Source of the DNA: Octopus sinensis
Taxonomy: Eukaryota
Reading direction: 5' to 3'
Assembly (NCBI RefSeq): GCF_006345805.1
Contig: NC_042998.1
Location: 197,656,001 to 197,720,000 of the forward strand
Length of the DNA stretch: 64,000 bases
The translations under genes were made by a program, and so were the position numbers. The notes under the pieces are model-generated. The model worked only from the letters and a program-made list of their open reading frames with translations, searched no databases and was not told the DNA's origin. Below, piece by piece: positions 1 through 11,349 of this stretch; the stretch's first letter is position 1; the number at the start of each line of letters is the position of its first letter.

Positions 1-82
1 ATGGTCAGACTTTATGAAGAAGCCGTGTAAGATGGCTGCAGTCTAATGACTGAAACCAGTGAACGATCAAAACTATAGAGGC

Positions 83-636
83 GCCCTGATGCAGTACCAG
101 GCAGTGGCTCTCATGGCTTCTGATCTTAACTGATTGGAAGTGTTATCATGTACATTGTTTTGTCTTGGTATAAAAGATAGGCTACAGCAAATATTCTGCT
201 CAATACCACAGATTTGCTTGTCAGTTGTTTGACCTTAACCAGTTGAGCATGTCCCTTAGTGGCTGACGATATGTGCATCTCTGATCACGAGCAGAAGTAG
301 TGGGGGAGCATCATAGCCATGTGTTGAGAGGGAGTCTTTGGGGTTTGAATAGTTCACCTCTGGAAACATGGGTGGTTCTTTCAACATCCTTAAACAACCC
401 TTATTCAGGGACCGTGTGAGCGGGATGAGCTACTCAACCTGAAGAAAATTCTAACTGGGCCCCACCTGCAAGGTCATGTGCTGTTTATCTTGATATGAGA
501 TCACCATGTCGCGCACATATGGTTGTGATGCATGTGCCTGGTGTACCTTTATCAGACAGGTAGTCATGATGGGTATATTGGGCTTCGTATATTTTACCCC
601 AGTGTCACTTTGATGGCATGAACTGCTCTCTCACTC

Positions 637-639
<3 letters not shown>
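83..639 (+). mobile_element. ~555-bp non-coding interspersed element ending in (TAA)n; probable Dong/R4-associated non-autonomous element
   Basis: Near-identical inverted copy at 3085-3641 with the same two ends; abuts (TAA)n. Confidence 0.6.
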
Positions 640-678
<39 letters not shown>

Positions 679-680
<2 letters not shown>

Positions 681-1272
681 TGACCACATCTCACTCCTCT
701 GGAACTTCACCATTCAAACTAACAGAAAGATAGATGCAAATAGGCCAGACATCATATTGAAAGACTTCAAACAAAGAACATGCCTCCTCATTGATATGAC
801 TGTCCCAATCGATATAAACGTATCTGTCAAGACCTACCAAAAACTGAGCAAATATAAAGATCTTGAAATAGAAATCAGCAAAATGTGGAAGCTGAAGACT
901 AAAACAATACCTGTTGTCATAGGTGCCCTGGGAATGATAGCAAAAGGGGCTGATAGCTACCTAACTCAGATACCAGGAAACCCAAAAATGGCAGAAATTC
1001 AAAAGATAGTGCTCATGGGAACTGCTCATATCCTACGCAAAATACTTTCTATGTAATCTCAAGGTTTAAAGCAAACATAATTTTTGGTTTAAAAAAAAAA
1101 ACAAAAAAAAAAACATTTTTTTTTAGACATTCATTAGTACAACACCCCACCCCGCAAATATATGGCACACTAGGCATAACAACAACATGAACTTCCAAAC
1201 CTGTTGTCTCTTGAGGTCTCTGGGTGAGACTTGGAGCCAACTTGTACAAATATAAAGCAAAAGTCAAACATA
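679..1272 (+). mobile_element. Dong/R4-clade non-LTR retrotransposon 3' end (restriction-like endonuclease + 3'UTR) in (TAA)n
   Basis: Translation LWNFTIQT..KIDANRPDII..CLLIDMTVP..KLSKYKDL..PVVIGALG has the RLE PD..D motif. Flanked on both sides by (TAA)n, the known Dong target. Confidence 0.85.
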
Positions 1273-1301
1273 GAATAATAATAATAATAATATTATTATT
1301 A

Positions 1302-1343
<42 letters not shown>

Positions 1344-1495
1344 TATGTTTGACTTTTGCTTTATGTCTGTACAAGTTGGCTCCAAGTCTCACCCAGAGAC
1401 CTCAAGAGACAACAGGTTGGAAGTTCACGTTGTTATGCCTAGCGTGCCATATATATATATCTTTTTTTGGTGTTGTACTAGTGAATGTCTAATAC
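1344..1495 (-). mobile_element. Dong/R4 3'UTR fragment
   Basis: Reverse complement of ~1125-1272; flanked by (TTA)n. Confidence 0.75.
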
Positions 1496-1509
1496 ATAAA
1501 AAAATATTA

Positions 1510-1554
<45 letters not shown>

Positions 1555-1564
1555 CATTATTATT

Positions 1565-1716
1565 CACTCTAGAGCTGCTTTTGGCTCTTTTACTGCAGAT
1601 TCTGCGTTTGCTGTCTGACTGAGTTTTGTTGCTCTTAGCCTTTGTTAGATTTGTCCAGATGGTCTGTTCCTGAGCATCTTTATCTCTTGTTTCAGGTTTC
1701 CATCGATCAGCCAAGT
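1565..1716 (-). mobile_element. Degraded Dong/R4 ORF fragment (zinc-knuckle region)
   Basis: AQEQTIWTNLTKAKSNKTQSDSKRRIC resembles the R4/Dong AAQEQ.I.TN..KA.I.KT..DSKCR.C segment. Confidence 0.6.
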
Positions 1717-1737
1717 TATTATTAGTATTATAACTAA

Positions 1738-1945
1738 GGCAGTGAGCTGGCAGAATTGTTAGGATTCCAGGCAAAGTGCTTAGTGGCATTTCATTCATCG
1801 TTATGTTCTGAGTTTAAATTCTGCTGAGGTTGACTTTGCCTTTCATTTTTTCGGGGTCAGTAAAATAAGTACCAGTTGAGCACTGGGGATCAATATAACC
1901 GACTTAGCTCCTCCCCAAAATTTGCTAGTCTTGTGTCAAAATTTA
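1738..1945 (+). mobile_element. SINE family A (Deu/Nin-domain-like), diverged
   Basis: ggcagtgagctggcagaattgttag head and gttgactttgcctttcat...ggggtc...taagtacc core shared with 3910-4142, 14688-14908 and 61911-62500. Confidence 0.7.
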
Positions 1946-1974
1946 GAATTACTATTATTATTATTATTATTTTA

Positions 1975-2552
1975 TTGCCTTTGCACAGCTTCTAATGCTG
2001 GGGATGTACTACAGTGTCAGCTGTTCACTACCAGTGAACTAAGGTAACACCTCTAATTTTTTTAACAACTTCCGGAGTATTTGAGTGGTTCCAAGCAGTG
2101 CTGTTTTCTGTGAGTGCACCACCCTTATTGCAGTCCCTATTTGTTCCATGTACTTCTCAAGATTTTTGCTCACTATTCCCAGGGCTCCGACAATTACTGG
2201 TACTACTTCTACCTTTTTCATCAACCACAACTGCTTAATCTCCCAAGCTAACCTATCCTATCTCTCGACTTTTCTTTCTTCCTTATCGCATACCTTTTAT
2301 CAGCTGGGCATGCTATATCTATGATCCAGCATAGTTTGTTTTCTTTCTCAATTAAGACTATGTCTGGCTTCCTATTCTTTATCTCATGGTTGCACTGAAT
2401 CATAAAATCCCACAGGATCTTTGCATTTCTATTTTCGACAATGCCTTCGGGTTTGTTGTCGTACCAATTTTTTTCTCTGTCAAGTCCATACTTGTTGCAA
2501 AGTGTCCAGTGGACAAGCCTGGCTATATTGTCGTGGCTTCTCTTATATTCCT
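1975..2552 (-). mobile_element. Second Dong/R4-family 3' end (frameshifted RLE domain + 3'UTR)
   Basis: WLMKKVEVVPVIVGALG...KTALLGTTQILRKLL, with upstream KILWDFMIQC..RKPDIVL; flanked by (TTA)n. Confidence 0.8.
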
Positions 2553-2554
2553 TG

Positions 2555-2600
<46 letters not shown>

Positions 2601-2606
2601 CATTAT

Positions 2607-2855
2607 ATGTTTGACTTTTGCTTTATATTTGTACAAGTTGGCTCCAAGTCTCACCCAGAGACCTCAAGAGACAAGTTGGAAGTTCATGTTGTTGTTATGC
2701 CTAGTGTGCCATATATTTTTTTGGGGGGAGTTTTTGGTGTTGTACTAATGAATGTCTAAAAAAAAAATTTTTTTTTTTTTTTTTAAACCGAAAATTGTTT
2801 GTTTTAAACCTTGAGATTACATAGAAAGTATTTTGCGTAGGATATGAGCAGTTCC

Positions 2856-2894
<39 letters not shown>

Positions 2895-3053
2895 CATTAT
2901 ATGTTTGACTTTTGCTTTATATTTGTACAAGTTGGCTCCAAGTCTCACCCAGAGACCTCAAGAGACAAATTAGAAGTTCACGTTGTTGTTTTTTGTGTTG
3001 TAGTAGTGGATTTCTAAAAAAAAAAAATGTTTGTTTTAAACCTTGAGATTACA
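2607..3053 (-). mobile_element. Two tandem Dong/R4 3'-end fragments (2607-2858, 2899-3053) separated by (TTA)n
   Basis: Reverse complements of ~1015-1272. Confidence 0.8.
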
Positions 3054-3084
3054 TATTATTATTATTATTATTATTATTATTATC

Positions 3085-3640
3085 ATTGAGTGAGAGAGCA
3101 GTTCATGCCATCAAAGTGACACTGGGGTAAAATATACGAAGCCCAATATACCCATCATGACTACCCGTCTGATAAAGGTACACCAGGCACATGCATCACA
3201 ACCATATGTGCGCGACATGGTGATCTCATATCAAGATAAACAGCACATGACCTTGCAGGTGGGGCCCAGTTAGAATTTTCTTCATTTTGAGTAGCCCATC
3301 CTGCTCAAACGGTCCCTGAATAAGGGTTGTTTAAGGATGTTGAAAGAACCACCCATGTTTCCAGAGGTGAACTATTCAAACCCCAAAGAATCCCTCTCAA
3401 CACATGGCTATGATGCTCCCCCACTACTTCTGCTCGTGATCAGAGATGCACATATCGTCAGCCACTAAGGGACATGCTCAACTGGTTAAGGTCAAACAAC
3501 TGACAAGCAAATCTGTGGTATTGAGCAGAATATTTGCTGTAGCCCATCTTTTATACCAAGACAAAACAATGTACATGATAACACTTCCAATCAGTTAAGA
3601 GCAGAAGCCATGAGAGCCACTGCCTGGTACTGCATCAGGG

Positions 3641-3641
<1 letters not shown>
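3085..3641 (-). mobile_element. Inverted copy of the 83-639 element
   Basis: Direct reverse-complement match with only scattered substitutions. Confidence 0.7.
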
Positions 3642-3680
<39 letters not shown>

Positions 3681-3715
3681 GTTATTACTATTACTATTAC
3701 TATAACTACTGCTAC

Positions 3716-3765
<50 letters not shown>

Positions 3766-3909
3766 TTATTATTATTATCAACATTATTATAACAACTATT
3801 ACAGCAGGTATTCAGTTTGAGAATTTTCAAGGAAAATCACCAGTTTCTACAGGTAAGATTTTGAAAAAAGTTTTCCTTTACATTTCTAAATCTCTTCTGC
3901 TCTGTTATA

Positions 3910-4142
3910 CCTATTTCTTTACTACCCACAAGGGGATAAACACAGAAAGGACAAACAAGGACAGACGCATGGATTAAGTCGATTACATCGACCCTAGTGC
4001 GTAACTGGTACTTAATTTATCGACCCCGAAAGGATGAAAGGCAAAGTCAACCTCGGTGGAATTTGAACTCAGAACATAATGGCAGACGAGATACCGCTAA
4101 GCATTTCACCCAGCACGCTAACGTTTCTGCCAGCTCGCCGCC
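3910..4142 (-). mobile_element. SINE family A, near full length
   Basis: Reverse complement reads ggcggcgagctggcagaaacgttag...gcctttcatcctttcggggtcgataaattaagtacc...gtagtaaagaaatagg. Confidence 0.85.
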
Positions 4143-4377
4143 TTTATACCATTCATTGAATGTAATATCTCCTTGTCTTATCTGATTGACAAATGCAAGT
4201 GACTAGTGTATGTCTTATGTTGTCAGCAATTTTCATAATTTCAACAACTATCTCTTACATTCCAGTTAATGCTTTCAACTATATGACTGTTTTAATTGCT
4301 AGTCCCCTCTGTTGAGTCTACCCGGGGTAGTCTCTCTCTCTTTCCAAGCCTTCTCTGCATTAAACAACTTGTAGTGA

Positions 4378-4710
4378 AGGCACATGGCTCAGTGGTTAGA
4401 GTGTCGAGCTTACGATCGTGAGGTTGTGAGCTCGAATCCCGGACCGTGCTGCGTGTTGTATTCTTGAGCAAGGCACTTTATTTCACGTTGCTCCAGTTCA
4501 CTCAGCTGTAGAAATGAGTTGCGACGTCACAGGTGCCAAGCTGTATCGGCCCCTTTGCCTTTCCCTTGGATAACACTGGTGGCGTGGAGAGGGGAGGCCG
4601 GTATGCATGGGCGACTGCTGGTCTTCCACAAACCACCTTGCCCAGACTTGTGACTAGGAGGGTAACTTTCTAGGTGCAATCCCATGGTCAGTGTCTGACC
4701 GAAGGGGGTC
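4378..4710 (+). mobile_element. tRNA-derived SINE family B
   Basis: A-box tggctcagtgg, B-box-like gagctcgaatccc, ttcttgagcaaggcactt core; second copy at 52893-53226. Confidence 0.85.
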
Positions 4711-4828
4711 AACAACAACAAGTAATATTTATAAACTTCTTTCTTTTTGACACCATTGAAGGAAAGTACATTTAGTTTTAACTTTGGGGTTGTGATTAAG
4801 TGAGTCATCTTTGATTGAACTAAGATGC

Positions 4829-5206
4829 TGTTGAGCGAAGCGGTCTTCGTCCCAGAGCTTGTAAGATGGGAGAAGTCCGAATCGTGGTCCTTTGCTATTC
4901 GTAAGACCCGCAGAAGAGAAAGCAGGTCAACCCCCGACACCGAGAGCATCCAGGCTCAGCGGTTGCGCATCCAGGCTCAGCGGTTGCGTAGGAAGTTGGG
5001 GACAAGAAACAGGAAGAAAGAGTGAGAGAGAGAAAGTTGGAGCGAAAGAGTACAACAGGGGTCGCCACCCCTCCCCCCTGCCGGAGCCTCGTGGAGCCTT
5101 TAGGTGTTTTCGCTCAATAAACACACACAACGCCCAGTCTGGGAATCGAAACCGCGATCCTCTGACCGCGAGTCCGCTGCCCTAACCACTAGGCCATTGT
5201 GCCTCC
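4829..5206 (-). mobile_element. tRNA-derived SINE family C (tRNA-Arg-like head), tail type 1
   Basis: Head ggaggcacaatggcctagtggttagggcagcggactcgcggtc...ggtttcgattccc; tail shared with 48527-48888. Confidence 0.85.
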
Positions 5207-5455
5207 ACTGTTGTTTCTGTACAGAGAAAAATCTGAGACAAAATTTAGAGAAAAGTTGCTTGACTAATTTGCACATAGCCATTTGCAGACATGCCCAAAA
5301 CTCTTCTCTTATTTCCATAGCTTCAACACATCAAAACTTGTGGGTATCAGGATTCCTGCACCCAAGCACTACCAACTCACACATCTCTTATCCTCTCTTC
5401 ATCACTGTTGCGTCCAATCTTCAGGCTATGCACTAATCACTACACCCAGTCCTTC

Positions 5456-5857
5456 CTCTCCCAAAATGGATGGATGGAAGCACTCCGTCGGTTACGACGA
5501 TGAGGGTTCCGGTTGATCCGATCAACGGAACAGCCTGCTCGTGAAATTAACGTGTAAGTGGCTGAGCACTCCACAGACACGTGTATCCTTAACGTAGTTC
5601 TCGGGGAGATTCAGCGTGACACAGAGAGTGACAAGGCCGGCCCTTTGAAATACAGGTACAACAGAAACAGGAAGTAAGAGTGAGAGAAAGTTGTGTTGAA
5701 AGAGTATAGCAGGGATCACCACCATCCCCTGCCGGAGCCTCGTGGAGCTTTTAGGTGTTTTCACTCAATAAACACTCACAATGCCCGGTCTGGGAATCGA
5801 AACCGCGATCCTACGACCGCGAGTCCGCTGCCCTAACCACTGGGCCATTGCGCCTCC
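5456..5857 (-). mobile_element. SINE family C, tail type 2 (ends in (TCCA)n)
   Basis: Same head as 4829-5206, different 3' half. Confidence 0.85.
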
Positions 5858-6073
5858 TCCCCAAAATATTGTCCCTCTAAAGCCCTCTCTTTGTTCAAGA
5901 CTTTTCTACAGGTGTCAACTTGAATCAGTTTAAGCAATGGCATCAATCTCCCTGATTCCAAGAGGTCCACAAAGCCGGTTCCACCAGACTCAACAAGCAG
6001 AAAAAAAATGCATTCCATAATATGTTACCCCATGTAGTCTTTTTGTATATCTAGGAGTACTTTGTCCAATATG

Positions 6074-6472
6074 TACTCTTTACTCTTTACTCTTTTACTT
6101 GTTTCAGTCATTTGACTGTGACCATGCTGGAGCACCGCCTTTAGTCGAGCAAATCGACCCCGGGACTTATTCTTTTTGCAAGCCCAGTACTTATTCTATC
6201 AGTCTCTTTTGCCGAACCGCTAAGTGATGGGGACGTAAACACACCAGCATCGGTTGTCAAGCAATGCTAGGGGGACAAACACAGACACACATATATATAC
6301 ATATATATGACAGGCTTCTTTCATTTTCCGTTTACCAAATCCACTCACAAGGCATTGGTCGGCCCGGGGCTATAGCAGAAGACACTTTACCCAAGATGCC
6401 ACGCAGTGGGACTGAACCCGGAACCATGTAGTTGGTTAGCAAGCTACTTACCACACAGCCACTCCTGCGCCT
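6074..6472 (-). mobile_element. SINE family D (tRNA-like head, internal TA/TG tract, (TAAAAGAG)n tail)
   Basis: ggagtggctgtgtggtaag...ggttccgggttcagtccc head; at least seven copies in the window. Confidence 0.85.
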
Positions 6473-6695
6473 ATGTATTTATTTTTTAAAACAGTAGGAT
6501 GCTATTAGAAAAGAGAAAGAATTCTGGGTACTATTTCTAGCAAGTTCAGCTACCACATACAGATACCCTGGTTGTAATTAGGTGGTGAGTGTTATAATCT
6601 TATGCAAGTGAAGGATCAGAATTTTGACTCAGTTGACTCTTATTCAGCTTTAGCGTAGTGTAACAATTCCTAAAGATTATTTTAGAACAAGGTTA

Positions 6696-7196
6696 GCGTA
6701 AATCCTCGAATATAGTCCACCCTTGAGTATAATATGCAGGGGATTTTTAGGGGGCTGTACCTCTGAAAAACCTATAATACGCACCCCTACTCTAACTTGA
6801 GTCAAGGAAGTCTATATAACGTCCTTGGTTTGTAAAAATGTATACGCTAACGTCCTTTATTATTATTGTATATATAACGTAATACAAACGTGTAGCTTTT
6901 TTGTGCATTTTGTTTGCAGAAAATAAAGAAATAACAGTAATAACATTTAATAAATGTTGCTTACTGCAAGTTATGGATGATTCTTTTATGACTTCATTGC
7001 TTTCAAGTTTAGCTTAAGGTATTTTCATGCCCGACATCACAAAATACGTCTGAATAAACATTGCTGGACAGCAAATAGAGACTCAGACATTGCTTAGAAA
7101 ATAATTTTCATTTTTAACCTCGTATATAGTACGCAATAGGGATTTTGACCTTCAAATTTTTGGGGAAAAATGCGGATTATACTCGAGGATTTACGG
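6696..7196. mobile_element. ~500-bp Tc1/mariner(pogo/Tigger-like) MITE
   Basis: TIRs (c)cgtaaatcctcga.tata / tatactcgaggatttacgg flanked by TA; no ORF; eight further full or partial copies inside the 22.5-43.9 kb array. Confidence 0.85.
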
Positions 7197-7285
7197 TAAT
7201 TGTATTTTCTTCTATGAAATTAAATAATTATTATACTTTATGAGATGATACAAGGATAAAATCATTGATATGTAAACAAACTAAC

Positions 7286-7365
7286 CTGTATTTTTCCATG
7301 ATCGTAGTTGGCTAATGGCATATTTTCCTTTTGACAGACACCATTGACAGGGTTCTTAAATTGCA
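7286..7365 (-). CDS. Host gene exon G (80 nt, phase 1->0): start of a further lipocalin-like domain
   Basis: Acceptor ttttacaaaag (weaker), donor CAG|gttag. Encodes (M)QFKNPVNGVCQKENMPLANYDHGKIQ, like the C...P...FD..K segment preceding SCR1. No further exon found in the window. Confidence 0.68.
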
Positions 7366-7774
7366 CTTTTGTAAAATACAATTTAAATAATATTATTTTC
7401 AAGTAAACCAAGTTTTCTTTTTTGTTTAAATATTAACTAAAAATAACACAATCAATCATGTCCATCTTATATTTCAAGGGTTTCTAGGATTGTAATTTTC
7501 TTATTTTTTTATACAAAGGTGTGTTATATAAAAGTTTGGCTGCTTTCTCTAGTCAGATGTGTGCTATGATTCTGTTTATGTTTTGCTGTTAGACTCAGAA
7601 AATGATAAAAATGAAACATTACATTAAAACTGCTTTCCACTTCCTCATACTTCCTTCTACTTTAAAGTGCTTTCACATACTTTCAGGTACTTCCATGTTA
7701 TTCTTACACTCTTCTATTCATTTCCACATATTTCTTCCCTTACAAATCTATATTTCCACATATTTCCGTAGTTT

Positions 7775-8270
7775 ATGGTGAAACTCTCTGCAACGGGTGT
7801 AAGAGATGATTTCTATAACTGGTTGAAGTCCTTCATTATCGGCCAAAAAGAGGTTGTCACAGTTCTAGGACAGCACTCTTCACCCTATGAGGTAACATCT
7901 GGTGTACCACAGGGATCTGTTCTTGGCCCCCTTTTATTTGTTGCATATGTTAATGACACAGATGCCAACTTAAAGAATGCCACAGTGCTGAAATATGCAG
8001 ATGACATCAAGCGGTACCTCGAAATAAAGAGGACAGATCCTGTACACTATAGATCTCTATTGCAATCGGACCTGGACACAATTGCAGCAGTGGATCATGG
8101 ACTGGCAACTCAAGCTGGCTGTGGACAAATGTACCACCATCCATTTTGGGAGGAAAAACCCAGCGTCTACTTACTCCCTCCACAACACTAGTCTCAAAAA
8201 GTCTTCTTGTGAACGGGACCTGGGCATTATTGTCGACAGCGATTTGCATTAGACAAAACACATTGCTAAA
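7775..8270 (+). mobile_element. CR1/L2-clade LINE reverse transcriptase fragment
   Basis: VTSGVPQGSVLGPLLF...YADD motifs; frameshifted downstream. Confidence 0.9.
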
Positions 8271-8356
8271 AAAATTCCACATTCTTCCAAGCTATTTAGG
8301 ATGAAACATCGAAATATAGCTAACGAATTAAAGATGAAATGTAATGGTCTACTCAC

Positions 8357-8401
8357 TTTGTTCCTTGTTGACAACTTCATTTAAATTGGAAGAGCAATTG
8401 A
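8357..8401 (-). CDS. Host gene exon F (45 nt, phase 1->1)
   Basis: Acceptor ctttttattccag, donor gtgagt. Encodes (I)NCSSNLNEVVNKEQ, supplying the terminal Cys of the domain as exon B does for the previous one. Confidence 0.72.
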
Positions 8402-8559
8402 CTGGAATAAAAAGATGAAACAAGTTTTAAATGAAAAAATACACTTACATATATTATAAGTGTGTACATGTCTGTATGCCTGGATACATGCATATGTACT
8501 TTAGCTCATTACCTGTAATTATTCCAACAACACCACCAGCTATTATGAAAATACGTCAC

Positions 8560-8988
8560 TTTACTGGCACTTACCAGTGTCACCTTACTGGTACTCAAGC
8601 CCCGTGCTAGTAGGGTATTAAGAGCACCATCCGAGCATGATCGTTGCCAGAACAGCCAACTGGCCTCCATGTCGGTTGCACGTAAAAGACACCATTTGAG
8701 CGTGATCGTTATCAGCATTGCATTACTGGCATTTGTGCCAGTGGTATGTGTAAAAAGATTCGAGCGAGGTCGTTTCCAGTACCACCTGACTGGCCCTTGT
8801 GCCGGTGGCACGTAAAAGCACACACTACACTCTCGGAGTGGCTGGCGTTAGGAAGGGCATCCAGCTGTAGAAACGCTGCCAAATCAAGATTGAAGCCTGG
8901 TGCAGCCATCTAGTTCGCCACTTCTCAGTCAAATTGTCCAACCCATGCTAGCATGGAAAGCGGATGTTAAACGATGATGGTGATGATG
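8560..8988 (+). mobile_element. SINE/RTE-tail family E (ends in (GAT)n)
   Basis: ggcgttaggaagggcatccagctgtagaaac...ggatgttaaacgatgatg; copies at 9400-9715 (-) and 10987-11190 (+). Confidence 0.75.
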
Positions 8989-8989
8989 A

Positions 8990-9398
8990 ATTACCAGTTA
9001 TTTTACCAAAATCCCTACAAATTATTAGATCAAAACCACTGACAGCTATACCAACACCACTATCAGTTATTATACCAATGCAATTACCAGTTATTATACC
9101 AACACCATTACTAGTGTTTACACCAATATTGTTACACCAGGACCACTACCAGTTATGCAAGTACAATTACTAACTATACATTCAATTATCAGTTAATATG
9201 TGACTGATATTACTAGCTAGTGTACCAACTCTCTATACACCACTACCAGTTATACCAATAGTATCACCAGCTATGCCTGCAACACAAGCAATTATATCAC
9301 ATATACTGACACCATCAGCACTTAATATATCAGCACGACAACCAATTATGACAATAAGACAGTTACCAGTTATTAAACCAAAAGTATAGCATTATCAG
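8990..9398. repeat. Degenerate ~24-bp minisatellite (ttaccagttattataccaacacca-like)
   Basis: Repeated accagttattatacca motifs. Confidence 0.65.
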
Positions 9399-9399
9399 C

Positions 9400-9715
9400 T
9401 ATCATCATCATCGTTTAATGTCCGTTTTCCGTGCTAGTACGGGCTGCATGGTTCGACCGGGGTCTGGAAAGCCAGGAGGCTGCACCAGGCTCCAGTCTGA
9501 TCTGGCAGTGTTTCTACAGCTGGATGCCCTTCCTAACGCCAACCACTCTGAGAGTGTAGTGGGTGCTTTTCACAGGTGATAGGGTAGGCTGGCAGTGGAC
9601 ATGATCGATTGGTGCTTTTTATGTGCCACTGGCACAGAAGCCAGTTAAGGTGGCGCTGGCATTAGCCACGTTCGGATGGTGTTTTTTACGTGCTACCGGC
9701 ACAGGTATCATAATT
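9400..9715 (-). mobile_element. Family E SINE-like copy
   Basis: Reverse-complement match to 8830-8988. Confidence 0.7.
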
Positions 9716-10545
9716 ACAATTTCCATTTGATATTCATTTTGGTGTTGATACCAACACCTTTACTCGTAGATACTCATTTAACCTACATTCATTTACTTGG
9801 CTTGTTTTGAGCTGATAATATTTCTTATGAATTCATATTTTACTTTCATACTCTCTTAAGAAACAGATACTAATGTTTGTATGAAGCTTATTGGCGATAA
9901 CTGAAAAATACTTAATTTCAATAATTTGTGGAAGTGAATAGAAGTTGATAGTGTCATGATATTGCTAGGTTTGTACTAGGAGGAAGCATAGTTCACATCC
10001 CATCACTTATGATATACAGTGTTTCAGGTAAAGAGATTTAATTCTTGAATAGCGTAATTAACATATCTATAAATAGTTTGAGGAAATGCGGATTATCTTT
10101 GTATGAGATTAGGAACTATCTAAATTGCAGGGACTTTGTTTGCTTTCAGAGGTGAAAATCAGCTATACTGGTGAAGGAATGTCTACCAGCAGAAGTATTA
10201 ATGCTGGTATTTTAGTTAAATAACAGATCAAAAAAATATAGAGGAGAAATATAATCGAGTTGATAATAATATATTACTGCTATTTATTTTATCAGCCCTT
10301 AGGTATATGAAAGGCAAAGTCACATCCGGTAGCCTTTGAACTCAGAACATAAAAGAATGTATGAAAATACTTTGATGTAATGTTCTAACGTTATTTTTTG
10401 CCAATGGTGCTATTATTATTTAAATTACACCTAGCATGTCCTTTTGTGTGAAGATATAATGAATGATTGACTTACCTGAGGTCAACTTTTATCCTACCAG
10501 GAATAACAACAATATAACAATAATATAAAAAAAGATCAAACATAC

Positions 10546-10755
10546 TTTTATATTCAATGTTTTTCATGCTATCTGCTGTCAAACAGACTTTTTGTAGAAG
10601 CTGAAACAGTGTTGTCTTGAAATTTGGATCGATTTCCCTCTGTCTACTATCCAAACGAACTTCAGTCTTGTTCATTGAACAGGATCGGTTATATTCCTCA
10701 AAACAGAAATAACTCAATGTGTAATGTTTATCTGAATATAGAGTCTTGGAGATAC
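10546..10755 (-). CDS. Host gene exon E (210 nt, phase 1->1): lipocalin SCR2/SCR3 region
   Basis: Acceptor ttctcttacttttcag, donor gtatgt. Encodes (S)ISKTLYSDKHYTLSYFCFEEYNRSCSMNKTEVRLDSRQREIDPNFKTTLFQLLQKVCLTADSMKNIEYK; LYSD..Y resembles SCR2 (TDY..Y) and SR resembles SCR3. Confidence 0.85.
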
Positions 10756-10986
10756 CTGAAAAGTAAGAGAAGAAACAATACTCAAATGAAAAAGTCATTG
10801 CAGTTCTTATTTGCAAAAATCTAAATTTCTATGTTCAATAAGTTTGGTTGCTGTGAAAAGTGTAAAAGACTTTGGTGCTCCATGAACTGCTGCATCTAAT
10901 GTCCTAGCATTGTATTTTTACTTGATATTGATAGCACAATACATGGTAACATGCCAGTGATGTTGATATATGAGTATTATGACATT

Positions 10987-11190
10987 GACTGGCCCCCGTG
11001 CTGGTAGCACGTTAAAAGCACCCACTACACTCTCGGAGTGGTTGGCGTTAGGAAGGGCATCCAGCTGTAGAAACTCTGCCATATCAAGATTGGAGCCTGG
11101 TGCAGCCATCTGGTTTGCCAGCCCTCAGTCAAAATCGTCCAACCCATGCCAGCATGGAAAGCAGACGTTAAACGGTGATGATGATGATGA
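10987..11190 (+). mobile_element. Family E SINE-like copy (3' part)
   Basis: Match to 8790-8988 including the (GAT)n tail. Confidence 0.75.
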
Positions 11191-11349
11191 CTATTTACCG
11201 ATATGCAGGTATGTTTTCACTTAAGTGTGTGTATACATACATATGCACACACATAAGATGTGGATTAGAGAACCATGTGGCTATCACAGAAAGCTCCTTT
11301 AATGGACATGGCTAACACTCCACATACAGAGAGGCCCAGCATTTGAAAA

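Noticed and set aside
3805-3852. Plus-strand mini-exon candidate (GIQFENFQGKSPVST, donor gtaaga)
   Set aside because: Poor acceptor context, no partner exons, opposite strand to the supported gene.
4378-5857. tRNA-like sequences with A/B boxes
   Set aside because: They run into repeated bodies and tails and lack a complete cloverleaf; they are SINE heads, not tRNA genes.
5858-6020. Candidate for the exon following exon G
   Set aside because: No convincing acceptor/donor and no G-x-W-like start; the next exon probably lies left of the window.
10472-10545. Stronger-looking donor CAG|gtaagt at ~10475 extending exon E
   Set aside because: It gives phase 2, incompatible with exon F, and lies in a SINE A remnant; the gtatgt donor at 10545 keeps the frame.
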